Source of the DNA: Candidatus Latescibacterota bacterium
GTDB taxonomy: Bacteria > Latescibacterota > UBA2968 > UBA8231
NCBI GenBank assembly: GCA_965248265.1
Contig: CBDFJF010000002.1
Span: forward strand, 2,816,001 to 2,880,000
DNA: 64,000 nt
Reading direction: 5' to 3'
Position 1 is the first letter of the stretch; the number at the start of each line of letters is the position of its first letter. Both the position numbers and the translations under genes were made by a program. Positions 18,420 to 27,094 of this stretch are shown here, in pieces. The notes beneath the pieces are model-generated. The model did no database searches. It saw only the letters and a list, made by a program, of their open reading frames with translations, and was not told the DNA's origin.

Positions 18420-19945
18420 CCACACTGGGGAATAAGAAAGAGCGCTTACAGTGGTTCAACGAGATGGGTTTCGGCCTGTTCATCCACTGGAGCATGGACA
18501 GCCAGATCGGCTCGGTGATTGGTCACTCCATGGCCACGGCGTCCGAGGATTACCTGGAGAAGTACACGCAGGTTCTTCCATCGATGTTCAACCCGAAGCG
18601 ATTCGACCCGGATGATTGGGCCGCTGTGGCGAAGCTTGCCGGGATCCGCTACGTCGTATTCACGACCAAGCATCACAACGGCTTCTGCATGTTTCACACC
18701 GAGAGCACGCAGTTCAACATCTCGAACACACCGTTCAGGAGGGATATCACAGGCGAGGTAGCAGAGGCCTTCCGCAAGCAGGGCATAGCCATCGGGTGGT
18801 ACCATTCACCCGATGACTTCTACTTCCTCCATGGCAAGGGACTGCCGATTCACCGGGGAGTGAAACCAGAGCAATGCGATGGGCTTCTGGAACACAATCA
18901 GATGCAGATCAGGGAGCTGCTGACGAACTACGGCAAGATCGACATCATGTTCTTCGACGGTCCGTCGGACGGCCTCAGGGAGCTGTGCTGGGAAATCGAT
19001 CCGGACATCGTCGTCACGAGGGGTGCCATCAAGACTCCGGAGCAACACATCCCTGGGGTTCAGTCCGAGGAGCCCTGGGAAGCCTGCGTGACCATGGGCA
19101 CGGGATGGCAGTACAAGCCGACGAACGAAGTGTACAAGTCGGGGACACAGATGATTGAGCTCCTGATCGAAACCAGGGCCAAAGGAGGGAACCTGCTCCT
19201 CAATGTTGGTCCCAAACCGGACGGCGAGCTGCCGATAGAGCAGGAGGCGATCCTGCGCGAGATCGCCCTGTGGAACTTCGTCAACGACGAGGCGATATAC
19301 GGAGTCCGTCCCTGGAGGGTCCCGTTTGAAGGGGATGTCTGGTTCACGAAGAAGGGGGAGGACACGGTCTATGCCGTCGTAAAAAGCGACGAGCCCTGGG
19401 CGCAGCGCGAACGACGGGAGCTATCCCTGTTCTCGGTGAAGGCCAGCGATCAGACCAGCGTGCAACTGTTGGGGCAGATGCCTGAGGCCATGTACGCCGA
19501 GCGCCCGGCGGTGGAGTGGAATCAGGTAGATGATCGGCTGCAGATCAGTGCTCTGCGAACGCAACGACTCTACAACAACAGGCGTTGGCCCAACCCCATT
19601 GTCCTCAAGATCACGCATGCGCAACTCGGTATGGTGCCACCCACCGTGGCCACAGGGAAGGCGGTCTGGGATACCTCCTCCTCATGCTGTCAGTTTGAGG
19701 CGACTCTTGTAGATCTGGAAGCGGGCGAGGGGGTCGAAGTCGGTTTCGAGTACAGGCTTAGGAAACTGCTGACAGACGCATCCGATGACTGGCAGGCGAC
19801 CGAGTTTGAGAGCCGCCAGTCGACGGGTGAGTTCTCAGGACAGTCCGAAGAGCTCGAGACGGATATCACCTACGAATTCCGTGCCGTGGCTCGCCATCGG
19901 GCCATCACCGTTTACGGTGACAAAGTTGCTTTCCGTACCAACTGA
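18407..19945 (+). CDS. Alpha-L-fucosidase (GH29) with C-terminal FN3-like domain
   Basis: FGLFIHW, FNPKRFDPDDW, TTKHHNGFCMF, FFDG, GGNLLLNVGP. Confidence 0.92.
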   Translation: MADPATLGNKKERLQWFNEMGFGLFIHWSMDSQIGSVIGHSMATASEDYLEKYTQVLPSMFNPKRFDPDDWAAVAKLAGIRYVVFTTKHHNGFCMFHTESTQFNISNTPFRRDITGEVAEAFRKQGIAIGWYHSPDDFYFLHGKGLPIHRGVKPEQCDGLLEHNQMQIRELLTNYGKIDIMFFDGPSDGLRELCWEIDPDIVVTRGAIKTPEQHIPGVQSEEPWEACVTMGTGWQYKPTNEVYKSGTQMIELLIETRAKGGNLLLNVGPKPDGELPIEQEAILREIALWNFVNDEAIYGVRPWRVPFEGDVWFTKKGEDTVYAVVKSDEPWAQRERRELSLFSVKASDQTSVQLLGQMPEAMYAERPAVEWNQVDDRLQISALRTQRLYNNRRWPNPIVLKITHAQLGMVPPTVATGKAVWDTSSSCCQFEATLVDLEAGEGVEVGFEYRLRKLLTDASDDWQATEFESRQSTGEFSGQSEELETDITYEFRAVARHRAITVYGDKVAFRTN

Positions 19946-19963
19946 GTTTCCCACGCACGCGGC

Positions 19964-20560
19964 ATGAATACGCGGCGAACGAAAATCACCGATTTCTCGG
20001 TCTGCCTCTGGGATCGCTTCATCGACATGGATTCGGGGCCCGGCGTCAGATTGACTCCCTCCTTTCTGCTGACTAACGAACCGGGGGTGGCCCGCGATTA
20101 TTTCGATGAGTTGAGCCGAGCACCTTCGCCAGAGTTGAATTCGAGCTTTACTCCGACCAGGTTCGCGGCGCTCAGCTGCTGTTTTATGTCAACGACAACG
20201 TCACAACGCAGACGCAGCCGATGTCCGTCCGCGTCAACGGTGAGGAACCACTGAGTCACACGCAGGATCCCGAACGCATGCTCACCGGCGGATGGGACCG
20301 TGCCGACATTCCCGCTGCTATGCTTGTGCGGGGCGGCAATGAATTCGTCTTCGGCGACAACGGCGTCCTCTATGTCGATCCGCTGCCGGGTGGGGGTAGC
20401 AGTCGCAGCTTCGACAAAGGGCAAACTTGGCATACCGGGAGCCTCGGTGCCGGCCGCGATCTCGAGGGCGAATACATGGTGCGTCTGCGCCTTCACGGTC
20501 ATCCACCCGAGGGCACGGTGACTTCCGACGTCATCGACCTGGCCGATCCGGACGGAGCCA
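19964..20560 (+). pseudogene. Frameshifted, 3'-truncated gene of unknown function
   Basis: MNTRR..DELS frame switches near 20115 to STFARVEFELYSDQ..SRSFDKGQTW..EYMVRLRL..SDVIDLAD, then collides with an opposite-strand remnant. Confidence 0.6.
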
Positions 20561-20812
20561 ATGTTGTGGTTGGTGGCAACCCACAGCACACCGGTCTTCG
20601 GATCAGGTTTGGCGGTGAATTCACGGCAGCCGATGCGATGCTCTTCCACCACTTTTTCCAGTGTCGACGTCGATGGCGAACAGCACGGCGCCTTCCTGTC
20701 CCAGTTCGGACCCCCAGAGCAGGTCAATGTCGCGCACCGGGTCGTGGGAGATCCAGCCACCCTGAAACCAACCACCGACTATGGGGCGACCCAGATCGAA
20801 GTAAATGCCCAT
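20560..20812 (-). pseudogene. N-terminal remnant of a beta-propeller-like gene
   Basis: MGIYFDLGRP..LFAIDVDTG, frameshift in an A-run, then KVVEEHRIG..GVLWVATNH; truncated. Confidence 0.55.
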
Positions 20813-20843
20813 GTACAGTACCTATCCTGCAGATGGCAGTAGT

Positions 20844-21446
20844 TCAGATGGTGAGACCGAGAGTCTGAAGGTCTCGTTCCAGTTGGTTTGGGTTCTCGAA
20901 GGCAATAACGCTCATGCCGAGCGTCCGAGCCGGTTCGAGCATCTGCGGCTTGTCATCGACGTAGACGCAGCACTTGGCAGGCTGCGAGGTCTTGTGTAGT
21001 GCCAGTTTGTAGATCGCGGGATCGGGTTTTCTCAATCCGGCCACATGGGAGAAGACGCCGTCCTTGAAGCGGTGCAGAAACCCATAGGTCTTTTCCAGGT
21101 AGTCAACTCTGTCCTCAACATTATCTGACAAAAAAAGCATCTCGTAGCCGGCCACGCGCAGACGATCCACCAGTGCTACCGTGCCTTCTATAGGTTCATA
21201 CGCGTGGAGCCAGACGTTGGCGATCTCGTTCGTGGGAACCTGCAGATTCCAGCTCTGCTTTGCCCCATCCCAGAATTCGGCAACAGATATCTCGCCAAAG
21301 CGATACCGGCTGCCGAGATCACCCATCAGTACATCTCTGACTTTGTCCGCCGCGATATCGTACGCGGCGCTTATGCGCTCGATCGCCCTGGCCGAACCAT
21401 CCGTGAAATACACCCCGCCCAGATCGCAGATGACGGTCTTGATCAT
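20844..21446 (-). CDS. HAD-family hydrolase
   Basis: ICDLGGV, LSDN, RKPDPAIY, YVDD. Confidence 0.9.
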   Translation of the reverse strand: MIKTVICDLGGVYFTDGSARAIERISAAYDIAADKVRDVLMGDLGSRYRFGEISVAEFWDGAKQSWNLQVPTNEIANVWLHAYEPIEGTVALVDRLRVAGYEMLFLSDNVEDRVDYLEKTYGFLHRFKDGVFSHVAGLRKPDPAIYKLALHKTSQPAKCCVYVDDKPQMLEPARTLGMSVIAFENPNQLERDLQTLGLTI

Positions 21447-22282
21447 GCAGGGATCGGAGCTTCCGCCACCAGACTGTCGAGCACGCGACCGATAGGAAGA
21501 TCCTGACGCTCGCGATTCAGGAAAAAGCTGACATGCGAATAACCGACCTCGCTCAACACTTCCAGGGCGTCTTCGAAGTTCGCGGCCACCCGATGCGGAT
21601 CATGGGCATCGGCGCCGACGACGACGGGGATGCCTCGTTGCTGCATTTCGCCAAGCATCTCACGCCCTGGATTCATTTCGGCGACTGTCTTATTGAGCCC
21701 GGACGTATTCAACTCCATCGCTGTTCCCGTCGCGGCGATGCGGTCGAGGCAATGACGAACAGTATCAGCGACGTCCTCATAGTTCCACTCCGACGGTGAT
21801 ACGATCTTGACCAGGTCAGGATGCGCGATGGTATCGAATAATCCGGTTTCCGCCGCCATCGCGATATGGTCAAAGTAGGTTCTCTGAAAGGCCGCGAGGT
21901 CTCCGGTGAAAAAGCGCTCTTTGTAGTCTTTGAGGTGGGGGTGAACGGAACCGAGCACGTGATTGAAATCGGCACGACCATGCAAGTCCTCGAGCCAGGC
22001 TTCCATTCCGGGGACGTAATCGCTTTCCATTCCCAGACGAACATCCACGCAATCCTGCCACTCCTCTCGCGCGCGTTCGACCAGTGCCACATAATCGTCG
22101 AGCTCTTCCACGCTCATGCGTACGCCGGGCGACCAGCCGTCGTTGGTCGGATTGTGGCAAGTGACGACGATCCCCTTGAGTCCGCGCCGTTGCCCTGCCG
22201 CGGCGTACTCTTCTGGTTGACCTCGGGCATGTTTGCACAAGGGCGTGTGCATGTGCTGCTCGTAGAGAACTCGTTCTCTCAT
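21443..22282 (-). CDS. hisJ: PHP-family histidinol-phosphatase (HisJ-like)
   Basis: HMHTPLCKHA, LGSVH, AHPDLVK, ELNTSG, GADAH. Confidence 0.85.
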   Translation of the reverse strand: MRERVLYEQHMHTPLCKHARGQPEEYAAAGQRRGLKGIVVTCHNPTNDGWSPGVRMSVEELDDYVALVERAREEWQDCVDVRLGMESDYVPGMEAWLEDLHGRADFNHVLGSVHPHLKDYKERFFTGDLAAFQRTYFDHIAMAAETGLFDTIAHPDLVKIVSPSEWNYEDVADTVRHCLDRIAATGTAMELNTSGLNKTVAEMNPGREMLGEMQQRGIPVVVGADAHDPHRVAANFEDALEVLSEVGYSHVSFFLNRERQDLPIGRVLDSLVAEAPIPA

Positions 22283-22552
22283 GTGTTCAGGCTCCGTCTC
22301 CGAGGCGCCAGTGGGTGCCCATCAAGCAGGTGGGCTCTCCTGTTTTGTCAATCTGGTAGTAGATGGAGCCATCCGACGCACACGCGCCAAACCAACAAAA
22401 ATGGGAAATTCCGGTCTGCAAGGCCAATCAAACATGAAGCGCACCGGTTCCAAGTCATGCCTCAGCTGGGAACGCTCTGGAGTGCGGTCGCCGTTGACGA
22501 GGGATTCAGCTAACTTGCTAAGATTCGGCAGTCCACATTGTAGCAAAACGAT

Positions 22553-22586
22553 TGTAACACCTCTGCAACTGTAACACCCCTGCAAC
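22553..22586 (+). repeat. 17-bp tandem repeat upstream of the Omp85 gene
   Basis: TGTAACACCTCTGCAAC TGTAACACCCCTGCAAC (1 mismatch). Confidence 0.8.
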
Positions 22587-22643
22587 TCCCCGTCCTCGAT
22601 TACTCGACGAGGCCCTCAGGCCGTGAGATGGGAAGAAAGAGAT

Positions 22644-23924
22644 ATGCGACACCGCCGTCTGATATCGCTGATCATCGTCGGATTGCTGCTCTCAGTGCCG
22701 CCGCCGGCCGTCGTGGCCAAGGACGCCACCGAAGGCCTCGAACATGCTGCCCGAGACGCGCGCGACAAAGCGAAGAAGGGGTACGAGCACCTGAGCCGGC
22801 GCCGCACCTTCGATATCGAGGGCGTGCCATACGGAGCCACCGGCCTGCCAATCGCCTTCTTCACGCCCTCGAGCGGCCTACACTACGGTGGCTGGTTGGA
22901 GGTCGCCAACTACGGGCGCGAGCCGTACACCTACCGCGCCAACGTGCAGTGGTACCTGACGACCAAGGGCAAGCGCAACCATCACATGCGCCTGGAATTC
23001 CCTGCGCCCTTCGGTTTCCCGGTCAACGCTCGTATTCTCACCCGCGACCTCAAGAACAGGGGGGCGAACTTTTTCGGAATCGGTAACGATACCGAGATCA
23101 GTGACAAACAGGTCGACAGGGAATCGGACTACTACCGCTACCTCCTTGAGCAACAGCAATCCGCCGTCGATGTGGAGTTCGCCCGGCTGGAACCGATGGT
23201 CATTTTCGGTGGGCTTCGGTTCAACCGCAGTGTTCCGAGCCGCATCGATGAGGAGAAGGCGGATGCCTACTATGTCTTCAACCTGAGGGACAGCGAGGTG
23301 CTGGGCCGGAGCGGTGGTTGGGCGAACTTTCTCGTTGCGGGCGTCATGTACGACTCGCGAGACGACCAGGAGATGCCAACGACGGGGATGCTGAGTGAGG
23401 CGTCTATCCAGCTGGGTGGGTCGGTGCTCGGAGCAGATTACGGGTACCAGCGTATCACGCTTATCAACACGCACTATTGGAGGCCGAGTTGGCCGCAGGC
23501 CAAGCCGTACGTTCTGGTCACCCGTGCCGTCTTCGAGAATCTCGGCGACGAAGCTCCTTTCTACGAATTGACCGAGGTTGGTGGATCGATTCGCGGCATC
23601 GAGGTTGGTGGGGGATCGTTCATGCGGGGTTACCGGTCGCGGCGATTCGCCGACCGGCAGAAGATGCTGTATTCCGGCGAGTTGCGGCGCACCTTCAAGA
23701 GCGTGCGGTGGCGTGGCCACTACTTTGAGACGCTGGGTATGATCTATGTCGATGCGGGTCGCGTGGCGTCGAGCGTCACCGACGTGCTCGCTCCAGCAGG
23801 GCTGCACACGAGCGCGGGCGTCGGTTACCGAGCCACCTGGAACTCACAGCTCAGCGTCCGGTCCGACTTCGCGGTCTCACCCGAGGGGCAGGTATTTCTG
23901 CTGTCCTTCGGGAATCTGTTCTGA
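22644..23924 (+). CDS. Omp85 (BamA/TamA-family) outer-membrane beta-barrel without POTRA domains
   Basis: Signal peptide, FFGIGN, YDSRD, MRGYRSRRF, YVDAGRV, C-terminal Phe. Confidence 0.85.
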   Translation: MRHRRLISLIIVGLLLSVPPPAVVAKDATEGLEHAARDARDKAKKGYEHLSRRRTFDIEGVPYGATGLPIAFFTPSSGLHYGGWLEVANYGREPYTYRANVQWYLTTKGKRNHHMRLEFPAPFGFPVNARILTRDLKNRGANFFGIGNDTEISDKQVDRESDYYRYLLEQQQSAVDVEFARLEPMVIFGGLRFNRSVPSRIDEEKADAYYVFNLRDSEVLGRSGGWANFLVAGVMYDSRDDQEMPTTGMLSEASIQLGGSVLGADYGYQRITLINTHYWRPSWPQAKPYVLVTRAVFENLGDEAPFYELTEVGGSIRGIEVGGGSFMRGYRSRRFADRQKMLYSGELRRTFKSVRWRGHYFETLGMIYVDAGRVASSVTDVLAPAGLHTSAGVGYRATWNSQLSVRSDFAVSPEGQVFLLSFGNLF

Positions 23925-24269
23925 TCGTTGACGTCGTCGGTTTCCTAACCATGTTCGGTCAAAACGGCACAAACAAGATTTGGCCTTGTTCAACCGGAAA
24001 TGGCAACAAGTGGGGCGTCGGGCTTTGGCTGTTGCGTCGCGAGGCGATGATGCGGACGATGATGCTCGAGTAGGATGGCTGTGGATCAGCTTGCAGTAAC
24101 GAAAAACGGGCTTTGGCCTTATCTTAGGGTACCTCCTGGGAATGGGGTTTGTTCCCTCCGGTTCCCCTCCGGTCAGCTCTCAACTGTTGTGGGCTGATCG
24201 CGGTTCTGCTCTCCTCCCACTGCTATGTCTCCGCACTCCCCCTTTACAAGCACTGGATTGGGAATACCC

Positions 24270-24551
24270 ATGGCTCTGGGTCTATCGTACCGCTGTCTGT
24301 GCGGTGAAAAGTTCAAGTACTACTTGCCCAAGGAGAAGGTCTACGGCGAAACGCTCAGCCGCGCCGTAGACTGGCAGGCGGTGGACGCCCGCGAGGAAGC
24401 CGATGGTGAAATCGACGAGGTCAAACGCGTTGCCGACACCACCGGCTGCACCTTTGTGGATGGCCGTCGCACGATGCATCTCACCTGCCCAACCTGCGCC
24501 TCCGAGGTCGACCTGCTCGACCATTTCCGCAGTCGCCTCCTGTCGGCATAG
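24270..24551 (+). CDS. Small hypothetical protein, possible Zn ribbon
   Basis: 93 aa with CLC and CPTC pairs. Confidence 0.65.
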   Translation: MALGLSYRCLCGEKFKYYLPKEKVYGETLSRAVDWQAVDAREEADGEIDEVKRVADTTGCTFVDGRRTMHLTCPTCASEVDLLDHFRSRLLSA

Positions 24552-24633
24552 GTCCACGCGCTGAGGCCACGCGCTGAGGCCAAGCGCTGTACCAGGATTG
24601 GCTGTGATCGCGACTCGGTGCGCCAAGTGCCGG

Positions 24634-25581
24634 TTAGCTCTCAGGGAGATAACCGTCGCGAAAATCGATCCGTGCCTGGGTGTCTTCGCGATAGGTGATC
24701 GGCTTCGGGTCAAGCCATTCGACAATGGCATCCTTGATTGAGTGAGCGAAGAAATGATTGCCGGCGGGGGAGTAGTGGCCGATCAAGTAGCGTTGGGCGT
24801 AATCGTCGACTGACAGATCGAACTGCCTGTAGTCTGCCTCGTGAACGGGATTCATGTCGAAGGTGGTGTGGCCCTGTTGCTGGAGGTAGTCAGCGATCTC
24901 CTGGTCGTACCGGGGCTCTCCGGCAATGAGCTGCCGCATGGCCGCGGGACAGAACAGGACGAGCATCAACTTCTTGCCGCTTTTGTCGGCGAACGCCGCC
25001 GCCTTGTCGATGATGAGCCTGGTCGCTGCAAAGGCGTACGCCGTACGCAGAGTGCCAACCTGGTGCCCCATCTCTGACGAGCCCTCGTCGATTGCCCTGC
25101 AGTTGAGCTGCTCGGCGAGCCGGTTCAGCCGGGCAACGTCGACATCATCGGTATCTCCCCGGTCGAACAAGGTCATCTGCAGCATCAGGTCATCCTGTAG
25201 CCTGTCGACCATGAACTCTTCATCGGCCATGCTGTAGAGAGATTCGGGCGTCGGTGTCAGACTCTCACGCTCCATCAGTTCGCCGTTTTCCAGATCCATC
25301 TCGATGTTGGCCCAGAAATTCCCGTGAAACATTCGAGTTCTGCCGTAGGTATTGAGGCGGCAGTCCCGGTCCTGGTAGATGGCAGCGCGGCGGGCACCGT
25401 CCGGGGTCGAGGTGGAGATCGTCAACGAACCGTCGACGCCGTCTCGGGGCATGTAGTTTCCAAGAGTATATCCGAGTTCAGCGTCGTATTGAGCCCAGCT
25501 GGGTTCGTCCGGCGACAGAAACGCATCGATCTCCTCTCTTGTGACAACGCTCGATCTGATCCACTGCTCGTATGAAGCCAT
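24634..25581 (-). pseudogene. SGNH-like hypothetical protein with probable in-frame internal deletion
   Basis: RLNTYG is not followed by the expected (D/N)SFT block; C-terminal GHYSPAGNH retained. Confidence 0.5.
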
Positions 25582-25693
25582 CTCTGTCCTCTCTTTTTGT
25601 GTGCCTACGTAATCCTTGCCAGGCATGCCAGGATTGCCAACGTTAGATAATCATTTCATCATCGAGATACCAACAATTTGACTGGGGGAATCC

Positions 25694-26037
25694 TTGTCGC
25701 TGACGGAACAGCAAGCTCGTTTCTTCGATGTGTTCGGTTACCTGAGCTTCCCAGGCCGCTTCGCCGCCGACACGCCTCTTTCGGCGGCAGCACCAACTGC
25801 CGGATGTTCACGATCAATCTGCAGCAGCGTTTCCGTGATGAAGATGAGGAGCTGATGCGTGAGTGTATAGGCAGTCTGGCCGGTTTCTGGTATGAGCGGG
25901 TCTATACTCCGCTCATGGTTGAGAGTGCTGGTCCGCAACGGATGCGCCACCTGGAGCAACGCCTGGCTCATGCTGGCCACCTGCCGGGTCTGGTTGCCGA
26001 GGCGCGGCAGAAGATGAAGGAACCGAACCGTTTCTGA
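25694..26037 (+). pseudogene. PhyH-family dioxygenase with central deletion
   Basis: LTEQQARFFDVFGYLSFPG N-terminus joined out of frame near 25771 to HASFGGSTNCRMFTIN C-terminus; HxD core absent. Confidence 0.75.
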
Positions 26038-26039
26038 CC

Positions 26040-27035
26040 ATGGCCAACCGCAACGTCCCACCGATCAGCGGCACCCGTGTGCCGGCAGAAGTGATGCGCT
26101 CTTTTGTCGGTGGCTTGTTCGCACAGGTTGGCATGACACCCGAACGCTGTGCTGAGATGGCCGACTATTTGGTGCGCAGTGACCTGAAATGCGTCTTCAG
26201 CCATGGCACCAGTGCGGCTCCCGGGTACGCACGGGAAATGCGGGAGGGTAGGGTCAATCCGGTCCCAGACGTCCGCGTTGTTGAGGATACTGCTTCGGCG
26301 ACCGTCGTCGATGGGGATGGGGGGCTTGGGTATTTTCCCACCCACGAGGCGATGCAGATTACTATCAGAAAAGCCCTCAACACCGGTACTGCTGCCGCGA
26401 CGACGACGAATCACTTTCATTTCGGCGCCGCCGGCACCTGGTCTCGCATCGCCCTCGAACACGACTGCATTGGTCTGGCACTGTCGTCGAATCGTTTCGC
26501 CGTCAACCAAGAAAGGACGGTTCTCGATGCTGTCACCTATGGACCGCTCAGCATCGCCATCCCCGCCGGAGAGCAGCCGGCCTTCGTGTTCGATGGAGGC
26601 GGCATCAACGTGCCGTACACGGAAGAGCGTTTCCACGAATCACCAGCTGTCTTCTTCAAAGGACTCGGACTGAATGCAGCCGTCACTATTCTCGGTGGCC
26701 TATTGGCCGGCATCTACAGACGGGAAATAGTGGAGTCGCAGAAGAAGTGGACATCCAACCAGGGCTCATTCCTGGCTGTCTTCAATGTCTCCCGCTTCAT
26801 GCCCATCGACGAGTTCAAAGCGGAGATGGATCGCTATATTGAAGACGTTAGCAAGACAGAACTCCTTCCCGGTACCGAGCAGGCGTTGTTGCCGGGCGGA
26901 CTCGAGCATGCCTGGACGCAGGAAAGCCTGCGTCTCGGCATTCCCGTCAGCGATGAGCATCGAGAAAGGCTGGAGAAAGCGGCTGCTGAGTACGGTATTG
27001 AGGCTCCCTTCGGGCGCTTTGAGCGATTCGGATAG
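26040..27035 (+). CDS. Ldh_2-family (malate/L-lactate-type) oxidoreductase
   Basis: SHG, VDGDGGLG, HFGAAG, KGLGL, LLPG. Confidence 0.88.
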   Translation: MANRNVPPISGTRVPAEVMRSFVGGLFAQVGMTPERCAEMADYLVRSDLKCVFSHGTSAAPGYAREMREGRVNPVPDVRVVEDTASATVVDGDGGLGYFPTHEAMQITIRKALNTGTAAATTTNHFHFGAAGTWSRIALEHDCIGLALSSNRFAVNQERTVLDAVTYGPLSIAIPAGEQPAFVFDGGGINVPYTEERFHESPAVFFKGLGLNAAVTILGGLLAGIYRREIVESQKKWTSNQGSFLAVFNVSRFMPIDEFKAEMDRYIEDVSKTELLPGTEQALLPGGLEHAWTQESLRLGIPVSDEHRERLEKAAAEYGIEAPFGRFERFG

Positions 27036-27094
27036 TCCGTGTCCGCCCGAAGTCTTTTCCCTCCTTCAACCATCGACTGCATGGAGGTAACGTG

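Noticed and set aside
24554-24589. 13-bp tandem repeat CCACGCGCTGAGG, two copies plus a partial
   Set aside because: No spacers and too short; probably slippage between convergent genes
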